A stretch of DNA of 63,937 bases, counting the filler, from an uncultured bacterium (lineage in GTDB: Bacteria > Latescibacterota > UBA2968), in assembly GCA_964471275.1 (NCBI GenBank). It is 12 parts of 12 records of this genome, joined end to end, with 100 filler letters (N's around TTAATTAATTAA, not from the genome) between each part and the next. Parts side by side here need not be neighbours in the genome. Positions count along the whole stretch, not along the records: positions 5,587 to 11,063 come from CAYYGZ010000281.1; positions 11,164 to 16,614 come from CAYYGZ010000282.1; positions 16,715 to 22,160 come from CAYYGZ010000283.1; 9 more parts are not named here. One strand, 5' to 3'. The notes below the pieces were generated by a model. The model had not been told where the DNA came from and searched no databases. It worked only from the letters and a program-made list of their open reading frames with translations. This document shows, in pieces, positions 10,811-20,696 of the stretch (position 1 is the first letter of the stretch; each line of letters opens with the position of its first letter). The position numbers and the translations under genes were made by a program.

Positions 10811-10829
10811 TCGAACGACGCCAGCGCGG

Positions 10830-11063
10830 TTAGCTGACCAGACCTGCTGTGGGTTGAGCTTCGGTATGAACGAGGCTGTTTGTGTAAATGGTTACGAGAT
10901 TCTGGATAAAGGCCTCGTCCTCTGACTCTGGCGGACATTCAGAGACAGCGACAAAACGGCTGACGGTATACTGGAGCAGTGACCAGAGGTACGACCGGAC
11001 GGTGAGCTGCGGGTCGACGTTCGGGAATTCCTGCGTGTCCACACCCATCTGTATGCGTTCCAC
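10830..11063 (-). CDS. C-terminal fragment of a protein, possibly a TetR-family regulator
   Basis: Open from the contig edge; helical segment G...EF..VDP resembles TetR C-termini. Confidence 0.35.
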   Translation of the reverse strand: MERIQMGVDTQEFPNVDPQLTVRSYLWSLLQYTVSRFVAVSECPPESEDEAFIQNLVTIYTNSLVHTEAQPTAGLVS

Positions 11064-11253
11064 NNNNNNNNNNNNNNNNNNNNNNNNNNNNNNNNNNNNN
11101 NNNNNNNTTAATTAATTAANNNNNNNNNNNNNNNNNNNNNNNNNNNNNNNNNNNNNNNNNNNNGAAAACCGCGCCCTTCGCGTGGACGGCTGCAGCTGAG
11201 TCGATCCTATCAAAGATCGAACGACTTTACATGGTTATTTCTGGAACACGACA

Positions 11254-12141
11254 CTAGGTGATCAGATCGTATTTCTGTGCGTCTACAATCCGCTCGAGAT
11301 CTTCGCCCTTTGTGTAGCGCTCGATATTGTCGATTGTGGCTTCGCCAAAGTCGATCATTCGATCCAGCGTCGGGCCAGCGGAGTGACAGGTGAGCTGACA
11401 GTTTCTCATCCCCCGGAGCTCCGAGTCTTCCTCCAGCGGCTCCGTGTCATACACATCCAGAGACGCATAAATACGACCGCTCTTCAGTTCAGCAATAAGG
11501 GCATCCGTATCGACCACGGCGCCCCGAGCCGTGTTCACGAAGACAGCACCGTCTTCCATCTCTCCCAGAATCTCAGCATTCACGATTCGGTAGTTCGCGT
11601 CTGTCTTGGATGCGTGACACGAAATGACGTGGTTCTCTGCGTAGAGCGTCTTGAGGTCAGGAGCCCGATGAACCCCGAATTCCTCGAGGACCGCATCCGG
11701 CGCGTGCGGTGAGTAGGTGGAGACCCTGCAGTTGAAGGGCGCTAGCAGCTTCACCAGGTTCTGAGCAATGATCCCAAAACCGTGCAGGCCAACTGTCTGC
11801 TTGAACAGTGATTTTTCATCCCGGCTCTGCCAGCCCTTCTCGTGGTGCATCAGGAATGCGATGTGTGTCGTGCGCCGGAGACAGCTCAAGATCGCCATCA
11901 GCGCCCCTTCGGCCACCGTCGGTCCGATCAGGCCACCCCAGTTCGTGACTGTCAGCCCCTTCTCGATACACGCCTTGTCGAGCATCTGGCGAACCGTGCC
12001 CGTGAGGTGGGCCATATACTTCAGCTGCGGGTTCTCGCTGTAGACCTTTTCGGTCAGTTTCGGCGCCCCCCATCCCGTAATCGCGATCTCCGCGCCCGTC
12101 TCCTTCAGGAACGCCGAGTCAAAGCCTTTACACAAAGACAT
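11254..12141 (-). CDS. D-isomer-specific 2-hydroxyacid dehydrogenase (N-terminus possibly truncated)
   Basis: GLHGFGIIA, FVNTARG, LDVYDTEP and TCHSAG motifs. Confidence 0.88.
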   Translation of the reverse strand: MSLCKGFDSAFLKETGAEIAITGWGAPKLTEKVYSENPQLKYMAHLTGTVRQMLDKACIEKGLTVTNWGGLIGPTVAEGALMAILSCLRRTTHIAFLMHHEKGWQSRDEKSLFKQTVGLHGFGIIAQNLVKLLAPFNCRVSTYSPHAPDAVLEEFGVHRAPDLKTLYAENHVISCHASKTDANYRIVNAEILGEMEDGAVFVNTARGAVVDTDALIAELKSGRIYASLDVYDTEPLEEDSELRGMRNCQLTCHSAGPTLDRMIDFGEATIDNIERYTKGEDLERIVDAQKYDLIT

Positions 12142-12411
12142 CCGAGAAGGTCGTCGCTATCTCTTTCCTATTCAGCCACGCCGATGATTCGGAGATGTCA
12201 TCCTTGTCCGCAAACAGCGGCACCTAGCGATATGTTCGAAAATACCAGATGCTTCCTCCCCCGCAAGTTTCTTCGGACGCCCTGGTTATCCACGCCACCC
12301 CACCCGCTCTTCCTCGTTTCCTCTCTGCAATCCCCGGACAGGCCCTGGCTTCCAGAGCCCTTCTCCTGAAACGCTCTTGCCTCTCCCTGGAACCTGGAGC
12401 GCCTCTGGCCT

Positions 12412-13836
12412 CTACACAATCTGCACATCCGGCTCAATCATAGGCTCGATCCCTACGAAAGGAGCCGCGCCCTCAATAACGCGCATTGATTTCCACTTCC
12501 CGCCCCGGAAACGGAAATAGAAGAGCACTCCGAGGATAATGATGTAGCTACTGGCGAATATCCAGGCTGCATAGAGACCGATCCCCAGCCAGGTGATTCC
12601 GATCCAGACCGGAAGCACCATCACGCAGAGGGACACGGCCATCGTCACCCACATCACGAAACACGTATCGCCCGCTCCCTTCACCGCGGCCGAGAAAACG
12701 ATGTATACACCGTCGAATATCGAGTAGACGGCAACAAACCGCAGCAGGATGGTGGCCAGAACAACAACGGGCATCACCTCGGCATCGTTGGCTTCCGTCA
12801 GAAACGGTGCCAGAAAGAGCATCGGCGTCAGTGAGTAGAGCAGCGCCATCGTGCACATATAGGCCAGGCTGATGTGCACACCCGACCACGTGGACCGCTC
12901 CGCGATTTCCGGTTCGTACTTGCCGAGATACTGGCCGACCAGCGTCGACACGGCGATCCCAAGTCCGATCAGGGGCAGGAAAGCAAGTGTGCTGACGTTA
13001 AACGCTAGGTTCGTCGCCGCGAGCTGAACGGTACCGAGCCTGCCCACAATCAGAATAAAGAGAGAGAACCCCATCAGCTCGACGAAGAACTGAACGCCGT
13101 TCGGCGTGCCAAACTTCATCATTCGGGCGAACAGACTCCTGTCGAACCGCCAGGTTCCCAGGGTGTTGAACTTCTGCCGATTCTTCTTTCCGAAGAACAT
13201 CACAAGGAACACGGTCGCACCGAAGTAGTGGGCAAGCACCGTTCCCCAGGCTGCACCTTCGATCCCCATCTCAGGCAAACCGAATTTGCCGAAAATTAAG
13301 ATGTAGTCCAGTCCAGCATTCGTAGCGGCGGCAACCAGATTAACCCACATCACGGGCCGCGTAACACCTCGTCCACTATAGAAAGACGAGACCGCTGGCA
13401 TAATCAAACCGGGCAGCCAGCCGACCATCATAATCCGGAAATAGACAACCTCCAGATCCCGTACGGCTGGCTCGTGTCCGGCCGCATCGAAGATCCACGG
13501 CGCGAAGGGGATGGTCCCAAGGAGCAGCAGGCCAGCCAGGAGCGAGAAATGGATGCCCTGCCATACGGATGCACTGACACGCTCGGGACGCCTGGCACCC
13601 ATATACTGGGCGACAAAGGTGTTCACGTAGCCTGCCGTTCCGAGAAAGAACGTGCCGAGCGTGAAACTCAAAATCCCCGCAGGCAACGCTGCAGCCAGCG
13701 CATCACGACTATACCACGTAAGGAACATCCTGTCGACGAAGTGCATCAGGCTCCACGACCCCATACTCAGGATCATCGGAACCGCTATGGTCAGCACTTC
13801 GCCATACCCGCCCTCACCCAGCCACCGTTTCTTCAC
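12412..13836 (-). CDS. MATE family efflux transporter
   Basis: About 12 TMs; VDRMFL, FVAQYMGA, FGKFGLPEMGIEGAAWGT and VKGAGDT motifs. Confidence 0.92.
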   Translation of the reverse strand: MKKRWLGEGGYGEVLTIAVPMILSMGSWSLMHFVDRMFLTWYSRDALAAALPAGILSFTLGTFFLGTAGYVNTFVAQYMGARRPERVSASVWQGIHFSLLAGLLLLGTIPFAPWIFDAAGHEPAVRDLEVVYFRIMMVGWLPGLIMPAVSSFYSGRGVTRPVMWVNLVAAATNAGLDYILIFGKFGLPEMGIEGAAWGTVLAHYFGATVFLVMFFGKKNRQKFNTLGTWRFDRSLFARMMKFGTPNGVQFFVELMGFSLFILIVGRLGTVQLAATNLAFNVSTLAFLPLIGLGIAVSTLVGQYLGKYEPEIAERSTWSGVHISLAYMCTMALLYSLTPMLFLAPFLTEANDAEVMPVVVLATILLRFVAVYSIFDGVYIVFSAAVKGAGDTCFVMWVTMAVSLCVMVLPVWIGITWLGIGLYAAWIFASSYIIILGVLFYFRFRGGKWKSMRVIEGAAPFVGIEPMIEPDVQIV

Positions 13837-13851
13837 AAAGACTCCAATTCG

Positions 13852-14928
13852 CTAAGGTGCGAGTTTTCGTGTGACGCCGACTTCCCCTGCGACGGACTCA
13901 AGATCTTCGACGTGTTTCCGGTGAAGCGGGATACCAGTCTTGCACCACGCTTCTTTCTTGAGCCACTCGATCTCACCGGGCACGTAGATCTGCTCCACAC
14001 CCGGTCGCTTTCTCGATGTACGGACTGTTTGTGTCAGCTTGTCGATTTCGGTCTTGAACGATTCGATATCGAGGAACTTCGAAATATCGATCGCCTGAAC
14101 AAAGTGGGTACCGCGCTGCTGCCCCTGATAAAACTCACCCGATCGGTGCGGCGTTGCAACACCAAAGGGAAGGACCGAAGCCAGAACATCCATCATCATA
14201 GCCAATCCCGAGCCCTTTGCCCCACCGAACGGCAGCAGAGCCCTGGCCTCGTGCGGATCATCTGTTGGCTTGCCTTCCGAGTCGAGCACCCAATCCATCG
14301 TCAGCTTCTTCCCATACATCCGCATCGTTCCGATGCGTCCCCAGGCCGACACCCCGCTCGCCATATCCAGAACCAGCGGCCATTCATCCTTCGCCGGAAC
14401 CGCATACGCGACAGGGTCGTTTCCGAGCAGCCGCTCCGATCCGCCAAACGGGGCCAGACCGGGACTGCTGCTGGACACTGCAAAACCGATCATATCCTTC
14501 TCGGCGGCCCGGATTGCATACCCGAAAGCCGCACCGAAGTGTCGGCTCTCTACGACCGTTCCGATCGCGACACCGGTCTGAGCAGCCTTCTCGATCACCT
14601 TGTCCATTGCGAGCACGCTGCCGAGATGACCGAACCCGCCGTTGTTATCCACGACGACATACCCGGGTCCCTCGTCTTTGACGACGATCTCCGGTCGCGG
14701 ATTCGTATGTCCGTTCAAACACCGCCTGACATAGGCCGGAACCTGCCGCGTCCCGTGCGAATGCACGCCGCGTAAGTCCGCCTCGACCTGCAGATCGGCC
14801 ATCGTCGTTGTGTGTTCAGCAGAAACACCTGCAGCAACATAGATCTCCTTCACATAGCCGTGAAGGTCTTCCTCTTTGACCAGCACTTCTTGGTCATTCG
14901 GCTCCAGCCTGACAAGCGGTTCGGGCAT
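13852..14928 (-). CDS. Ldh_2 family oxidoreductase (malate/L-lactate/L-sulfolactate/ureidoglycolate dehydrogenase type)
   Basis: ADLRGVHSHG, HFGAA, LDMAS, KGSGL and YVPGE motifs. Confidence 0.9.
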   Translation of the reverse strand: MPEPLVRLEPNDQEVLVKEEDLHGYVKEIYVAAGVSAEHTTTMADLQVEADLRGVHSHGTRQVPAYVRRCLNGHTNPRPEIVVKDEGPGYVVVDNNGGFGHLGSVLAMDKVIEKAAQTGVAIGTVVESRHFGAAFGYAIRAAEKDMIGFAVSSSSPGLAPFGGSERLLGNDPVAYAVPAKDEWPLVLDMASGVSAWGRIGTMRMYGKKLTMDWVLDSEGKPTDDPHEARALLPFGGAKGSGLAMMMDVLASVLPFGVATPHRSGEFYQGQQRGTHFVQAIDISKFLDIESFKTEIDKLTQTVRTSRKRPGVEQIYVPGEIEWLKKEAWCKTGIPLHRKHVEDLESVAGEVGVTRKLAP

Positions 14929-15116
14929 TATTAATTGCTCACGATGTTTGTGACGCGACGGAATGGATGGGTATATTCAGAGGCGAAGGGGGGCGTGGGG
15001 CAACCAGAATCAGCCGACTCCAGCGATCACTGGCGTTACAAACAGTTGCCCTGCCTGCCCCAAGCCCCACGCGCCGTACCTTACTATGTGCAGTTCACCC
15101 TAGCCAGGTTTCTCCT

Positions 15117-16496
15117 ATGCATTTTGACCTTGTGATCATTGGCGGCGGTTCCGCCGGTTACGCAGCAGCTCGAACGGCAAGCGATCTCGGCGCAAACGTC
15201 GCGATCGTCGACAAGGGGCCGCTCGGCGGATTGTGCATTCTGCGCGGATGTATGCCTTCCAAAACGCTTCTCAGATCCTCCGACGTAATGGCACTAATGA
15301 AACGCGCGGGCGAATTCGGATTGCACGCCGAAGGACTGTCGGCAGATATGGGTGCCATCAACGATCGGAAGAAGAGACTGATCAAGGAGTTTGCGGACTA
15401 CCGTGCCGGGCAATTGCAGGACCCGAAATACAACTTGATCAAGGGCACTGCACAGTTCCTTGATCCGCACCGCATCAAGGTCGGCAAAAAGACTGTTGAA
15501 TCCAAGGCATTCATCATCACAACGGGGTCCGACCACGCGAAACTGCCAATTCCCGGTCTCGAAGAAACAGGTTATCTGACGAGTGACGAACTCCTCGACA
15601 GTCGCGAAATCTACGAATCGATGGCCGTGCTGGGCGGCGGACCCGTTGCCGCTGAGCTCGGCCAGTTCTACCGCCGTCTGGGCACCCGGACATCCCTGAT
15701 CCAGCGAAGCTCGCACATCCTCAGTTCATCCGATGAAGATATAGCCCGGCCCGTCGAGGCAAGCCTGCGTGAGGAGGGGATGGACGTCTACACGGGAACA
15801 CGCATCAAAGGCATCGAGAGGAAAGACGATCTTGCACACGTCACCTTCGATCACGAAGGGGCCCGCAAGACGGTCTCCGCGGCAGTCATCTTCAATGCGC
15901 TCGGCAGAACACCCGCGATCAAAGGGCTGGGTCTGGAGGAGGCCGGTATCGAGGTCGACGGTCGCGGGATCCAGGTCGACGAGACAATGCGAACCAATGT
16001 CCCGCATATTTATGCCGCGGGCGACGTGGTCGGGATGCACGAAATCGTGCACGTGGCGATTCAGCAGGGCGAGATCGCCGCAAACAACGCGGTCGGAAGA
16101 AAAGGGCAGAAGGCAGACTACCGACTGAAGGCTGAAGTGACCTTTACTGACCCCCAGGTCGCCACGGTCGGTCTGTGTGAGAAGGAATGTCATTTGAGTG
16201 CGACACCCTATCTCGCCGAGACCTATCCCTTCGACGACCACGGCAAGTCGAAGGTTATGGCCGAAACACGCGGGTTCGTGAAGATCCTGTGCGACCCCGA
16301 ATCCGGCGAAATCCTCGGCGGCCAGATTGTCGGCCCGGAAGCATCCGAACTCATCCACGAGATCGTTGCCGTTATGTTTTTCCACGGCACCGTTTTCGAC
16401 CTCGCAAGAATCCCGCACTACCACCCGACTCTCGCCGAGATCCTCACATATCCCGCAGAGGACCTGGCAGATCAGATACAGAAGCAAGGTGAGTAG
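15117..16496 (+). CDS. Class I pyridine nucleotide-disulfide oxidoreductase (dihydrolipoamide dehydrogenase-like)
   Basis: IIGGGSAG, GGLCILRGCMPSK redox disulfide, IYAAGD and YHPTLAE; ATG at 15117. Confidence 0.9.
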   Translation: MHFDLVIIGGGSAGYAAARTASDLGANVAIVDKGPLGGLCILRGCMPSKTLLRSSDVMALMKRAGEFGLHAEGLSADMGAINDRKKRLIKEFADYRAGQLQDPKYNLIKGTAQFLDPHRIKVGKKTVESKAFIITTGSDHAKLPIPGLEETGYLTSDELLDSREIYESMAVLGGGPVAAELGQFYRRLGTRTSLIQRSSHILSSSDEDIARPVEASLREEGMDVYTGTRIKGIERKDDLAHVTFDHEGARKTVSAAVIFNALGRTPAIKGLGLEEAGIEVDGRGIQVDETMRTNVPHIYAAGDVVGMHEIVHVAIQQGEIAANNAVGRKGQKADYRLKAEVTFTDPQVATVGLCEKECHLSATPYLAETYPFDDHGKSKVMAETRGFVKILCDPESGEILGGQIVGPEASELIHEIVAVMFFHGTVFDLARIPHYHPTLAEILTYPAEDLADQIQKQGE

Positions 16497-16584
16497 CCCA
16501 CCACGCACAAAGGACCTGGCTCTCCATCTCCCCCGCTATGTCCTGCCGACTCCACATTCGTGCCCGCACCTTCCCACGCTCCCC

Positions 16585-16614
16585 GCACTGGTCCCCCAAA
16601 AGCGAGACGTTTTC
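16585..16614. mobile_element. Probable IS terminal repeat at the contig end
   Basis: CCCCCAAAAGCGAGACGTTTTC nearly matches the IS end at 49305-49335; the assembly breaks right after it. Confidence 0.5.
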
Positions 16615-16714
16615 NNNNNNNNNNNNNNNNNNNNNNNNNNNNNNNNNNNNNNNNNNNNTTAATTAATTAANNNNNNNNNNNNNNNNNNNNNNNNNNNNNN
16701 NNNNNNNNNNNNNN

Positions 16715-17331
16715 TCGGCCTCCTCGAGATGATGCGTGGTCAGCACGATCGTCACACCTTGCTCGTCTCTAAGCGTCTGCAGATCATCCCACAGACGCCG
16801 GCGAGCCCCGGGGTCCAACCCCGTGGACGGTTCATCGAAGATCAGCAGACCCGGTTCCGGAAGGAGGGCCTTGGTAAGTTCGACACGTCTCTGCAAGCCT
16901 CCTGACAGCGTTTCGACACGCTCGTCGAATCTGGCACCGATGTCGAGCCTGTCAGCTACCGCTTTGGCTCGGGCGGAGAGCCTTGAGCCATTCAGTCCGT
17001 AGAAGAGGCCGTGATGGATCAGGTTCTCAAACACCGTCAGCTTCGGGTCCAGACTGGGACGTTGAAAGACTACCCCGATCCGGCTGCGAATCGCGGGTGC
17101 ATTCTCTTGCGGGTCGTACCCAAAAATTCGGACCGTACCTGTCTGAGGCCTCAGATGCGTAGACAGGATCCTGAACAACGTGGTTTTTCCTCCGCCGTTC
17201 GGCCCAAGCAACCCGTAAATTTCGGCAGAAGAAACCTGTAGATCGATCGCATCCAGTGCTCTGCGATCCGTGTAGTCGTGAGACAGTCGATTGACTGAAA
17301 TCGGCATCCCGCTCGAATGGTTATCGCTCAA
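16715..17331 (-). CDS. ABC transporter ATP-binding protein (3' truncated)
   Basis: GPNGGGKTT, LSGGL, LIFDEPSTGLD and LTTH motifs. Confidence 0.92.
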
Positions 17332-17340
17332 GAGTGCTCC

Positions 17341-17375
17341 AAAAAAAACGGCGACGAGCCGGTCTGCCCGTCACC
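17341..17375 (-). terminator. Rho-independent terminator after the cox/ctaAB operon
   Basis: Minus-strand hairpin GGTGACGGGC/GCTCGTCGCC (with G-U pairs) followed by T8. Confidence 0.65.
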
Positions 17376-17410
17376 TTGATACCACGCAGTCGTAAACACA
17401 CAGCAATGGA

Positions 17411-18307
17411 TCAGGGAAACCGATCGACGACCAGCATCACCCACAGTACGGGGAGATACAGCAGGGTGGATCTGAGCAGAAGCCGGGCTCGATGGGTTGA
17501 GCGCTCACGAGCAAAGGCCAAGCTCGCCCAGACGAGGAGGCCGCTCAGTAGCAGAGCAGCAATAAAATAGAGCGAGCCGGTCAATCCCATCAATGCCGGC
17601 AGCAGACTGCACGGGAGCAGAACCAGACTGTAGACAACCATCTGGTGGGCGGTCCGATCCCCCTCCTTATCTTCGACAGCCAGCATCCGATACCCGCCGC
17701 GTGCGTAGTCGTCTCGATACATCCACGCGATCGAGTAGAAGTGCGGGAACTGCCAGAGGAAAAGAATCGCGAAAAGGACGAGTGCGCCCAAACCGAGCTC
17801 GCCTTGCGCAGCCGTCCAGCCGCCAACGGGGGGGAGTGCCCCGGAGATCGCACCGACGAGCGTGTTGTGGACGGTAACTCGTTTGAGCGGTGTGTAGGCA
17901 ATGAGATAGACAACCGCCGTGACGAGGCCAACGAGAGCCGTTGCAACGTTGACCCACCCGACCAGGTAGATCAGCCCCACCGCCAGCAGAGTCAGTCCGA
18001 GGATGAATGCCTGCTCCGGCAGGAGCCGACCCGCAGGCAGAGGTCGGTCAGCTGTCCGAACCATCCGCGCATCGTAATCACGTTCGAGATAGTGGTTCAG
18101 GGCACAGACACCCGATGACACCAGGAATGTCGCGAGAAGCGTGTGGATCAACCTCAGAACGTCGATCCCGCTCGGACTGGCCAGGACATACCCGACAGCC
18201 GTACTGATGACGACGAACGTCCCGATTCGTGCCTTAGTCAACTCCACAAAATCGAGTAGACTGCCCCGTGATTCGTCGAAGTCCTGAATGTCTGCCTGAT
18301 ATTTCAA
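17411..18307 (-). CDS. ctaB: Protoheme IX farnesyltransferase (heme o synthase)
   Basis: ELTKARI, NHYLERDYDARMVRTADRPLP, YTPLKR and WQFPHF; TTG start overlaps the ctaA stop. Confidence 0.93.
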   Translation of the reverse strand: MKYQADIQDFDESRGSLLDFVELTKARIGTFVVISTAVGYVLASPSGIDVLRLIHTLLATFLVSSGVCALNHYLERDYDARMVRTADRPLPAGRLLPEQAFILGLTLLAVGLIYLVGWVNVATALVGLVTAVVYLIAYTPLKRVTVHNTLVGAISGALPPVGGWTAAQGELGLGALVLFAILFLWQFPHFYSIAWMYRDDYARGGYRMLAVEDKEGDRTAHQMVVYSLVLLPCSLLPALMGLTGSLYFIAALLLSGLLVWASLAFARERSTHRARLLLRSTLLYLPVLWVMLVVDRFP

Positions 18308-19320
18308 GCGACGGATCCCTCGGCAACTTGCAGGTCTCGCTGGTCTTCCGGTGCAGAAAGCACCGAAAGCTTCCAGCATCTCAAGATCATTACCACCGTT
18401 GTAGCGAGAATCGATGCCCCCACGACAACGTGTCCCGTGGCGACCCAAACCGCTCGCTCGGACCAAATGATCGAGGCACCGAGAAGAATCTGCAGCAGCA
18501 GAAGAACGGCAAGCAAAGAAACGGGCCGAACAAGGGCGGAGACAGCGTGATGTTCCCTGATCACGCGTACAATTAGCCAACCCAATGCTCCGCTTACGAC
18601 CAAGGCCCAGACTCGATGCGCAAACTGAAGCATGACCTGCAGCCTGAGCGTCTCGACCTCGATGGGATACGGCGCGGTCGGGTCGGTCGTCAACTCGGAC
18701 ACCGGTGGGACCAGATGCCCAAATGCAAGCGGAAAATCCGGGATCACCAGAGCGGATTCCGTGTGTCTGACCACGGCGCCCAAGATGAGCTGCACGTAAA
18801 CCGTCATCCCGGCGAATACCGCCAACCATCGGGTGGACACGGGGCGGTCATCGATCAGAACGGGCTCTGTAGATGACCACCAACCAGACGTCACCAGCCA
18901 AATGGTTACGATGAGGGAGAAGTAAGTCTGTGCGAGACAGGCGTGAGAGACAGAGGCCGATGTCGGGAGAAGATAGATGACCGTCAGCCCGCCAAGCAAG
19001 CCCTGTGCGATCACGGCAGCAAGAGCGATCCCGGAAAGTCTCTTAACCCACGAACGATTCTCGACTCGCCACGTCCAGATCGCCAGGAGAACCGTGAGGA
19101 ACCCGACGGTGCTCGCGATCATTCGATGACCGTGCTCATAGAAGATGCCACCAACCATTGGAGGCATCCACATCCCGTAGCTCAATGGCCAGTCAGGAAC
19201 CGACAACCCGGAGCCCGTGCTCGTGACGTGTCCGCCCGCAGCAATCAGGATAAGCGTAGATACTGCCGTGAAGCCGGTGAAGTGGTGCAGTCTCCGGAAT
19301 CTCAGGGAAGCGTCTGCCAT
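18304..19320 (-). CDS. ctaA: Heme A synthase (COX15/CtaA)
   Basis: TSTGSGLSVPDWP, EHGHR, LGAVVRH and FAHR motifs; cox operon context. Confidence 0.92.
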   Translation of the reverse strand: MADASLRFRRLHHFTGFTAVSTLILIAAGGHVTSTGSGLSVPDWPLSYGMWMPPMVGGIFYEHGHRMIASTVGFLTVLLAIWTWRVENRSWVKRLSGIALAAVIAQGLLGGLTVIYLLPTSASVSHACLAQTYFSLIVTIWLVTSGWWSSTEPVLIDDRPVSTRWLAVFAGMTVYVQLILGAVVRHTESALVIPDFPLAFGHLVPPVSELTTDPTAPYPIEVETLRLQVMLQFAHRVWALVVSGALGWLIVRVIREHHAVSALVRPVSLLAVLLLLQILLGASIIWSERAVWVATGHVVVGASILATTVVMILRCWKLSVLSAPEDQRDLQVAEGSVA

Positions 19321-19326
19321 CGATGC

Positions 19327-19581
19327 CTACTGGGACACCGGCAGGGCAGCCGTGTTGAGGCCCCGTGAGAGACGTCTTGCACGTAGCGTCCAGAATAGGA
19401 TCATCCCTGCGATCGACACCAGCACGGCTCCGATCACACCCAGCAGCACGAGCACACCGGCTTCCGCTCCCTTGACTTGAAGCGAATTCGGATCACCGTA
19501 GCAGATTGAACAGGCGAAACCCGCCGCAGGGGTGCTGGCAAGACTCACCAGTATCAGTAGGACACAACGCCAGACACTCAC
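19327..19581 (-). CDS. Small membrane protein with a CxxC motif (cox operon)
   Basis: Signal-like N-terminus, ACSICYGDP, one TM; GTGA coupling to the upstream gene. Confidence 0.7.
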   Translation of the reverse strand: MSVWRCVLLILVSLASTPAAGFACSICYGDPNSLQVKGAEAGVLVLLGVIGAVLVSIAGMILFWTLRARRLSRGLNTAALPVSQ

Positions 19582-19784
19582 AGGTAACTCCAACCGCGCA
19601 GTTTCTTGAGGAACCAGATACCGTAGATCAGCAGTCCGCACGCCGCCAGGACTGAACTCAGGCAAAGCACCAACGTTAGGTCATCCCCGGACACCTGGTA
19701 CTCCTGCAATGACCAATATCCAAACCCGGACGTGAACAGCACAGAGCAGATGACGAACACAATGTGGAATGATTTGAGTGACAC
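19578..19784 (-). CDS. Small two-TM protein (cox operon)
   Basis: MSLKSFHIVF...YGIWFLKKL; tightly packed in the operon. Confidence 0.7.
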   Translation of the reverse strand: MSLKSFHIVFVICSVLFTSGFGYWSLQEYQVSGDDLTLVLCLSSVLAACGLLIYGIWFLKKLRGWSYL

Positions 19785-19786
19785 GG

Positions 19787-20089
19787 TTAGTTGAAGACGG
19801 AGTCTGAATCGGTCAGAAACGGCACGGCCATCAGAACGACAAAGAAGAACACCGTGATCCCAAGAATCCAATAGATCATCTTCTGCTCGTCGATCAGATG
19901 CATGAAATAGCACGCGACGAGCGATCCCTTGACCGTCGCGATAAGGAGACCAATAAAGACGGTCATGAACACAGACTCCAGATCCAGATACGAGGCGCCC
20001 ACGGTCACAGCGGTCAGCACCATAAGTGCGGCCAGGACCTTGATGTAGACTTTACTGTGTTCTCTGATTTCTTCAGCAGTTTCAGCCAT
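19787..20089 (-). CDS. Cytochrome c oxidase subunit IV
   Basis: Three TMs; KGSLVACYFMHL motif. Confidence 0.85.
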   Translation of the reverse strand: MAETAEEIREHSKVYIKVLAALMVLTAVTVGASYLDLESVFMTVFIGLLIATVKGSLVACYFMHLIDEQKMIYWILGITVFFFVVLMAVPFLTDSDSVFN

Positions 20090-20100
20090 TGTCAGAGTCC

Positions 20101-20694
20101 TTACAAAAGGTAGAGAGCTGGGAAGAGAAAGATCCAGACAAGATCCACAAAATGCCAGTAGAGCCCCGCACACTCGATTCGATTCGCGTAGTGTTCCGGA
20201 TTCTCTTCCAGCAGCTTCGAACCATTCGTCAGAAGATACACGAAGACCGCGATCCCACCCACGACATGAAGGCCGTGTAATCCGGTCAACGTAAAATAGG
20301 TGGCGTAGAAATTATCGGTTGCCGGTGAGATATGATGGGAGAATTTTGCCCCATACTCAAAGCCTTTGATGACCAGAAAACCCAGCGCCAACCCCACGGT
20401 CATCCACAGATACATCTTGGCCTTCCTGTTCTCTCCCAGCTTCAACGAGGTCCAACCCAGAACCACGGTAACTGACGAACTGATCAGGATAAACGTGTTC
20501 AGGGTCGCCAACGGAATGTTGAGCAGAGCGGAGCCATCGGGCCAGGAATCCGATCCCACGCGAAGCAGGATATACGAGGAGAACAGGGCGCCGAAGAGCA
20601 TCACCTCTGAGGCCAGAAACAACCAGGTTCCTAGCTTCCCGCTATACAGCCCGGACAACGGGTGGGGCTTCACTGTGTAAGGAATTTCGTCCAT
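20101..20694 (-). CDS. ctaE: Cytochrome c oxidase subunit III
   Basis: [20 protein letters not shown] and YWHFVDLVW motifs. Confidence 0.93.
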   Translation of the reverse strand: MDEIPYTVKPHPLSGLYSGKLGTWLFLASEVMLFGALFSSYILLRVGSDSWPDGSALLNIPLATLNTFILISSSVTVVLGWTSLKLGENRKAKMYLWMTVGLALGFLVIKGFEYGAKFSHHISPATDNFYATYFTLTGLHGLHVVGGIAVFVYLLTNGSKLLEENPEHYANRIECAGLYWHFVDLVWIFLFPALYLL

Positions 20695-20696
20695 GC

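Noticed and set aside
15117..16496. Possible mercuric reductase MerA
   Set aside because: No N-terminal metal-binding domain, no C-terminal Cys-Cys pair and no mer genes nearby.
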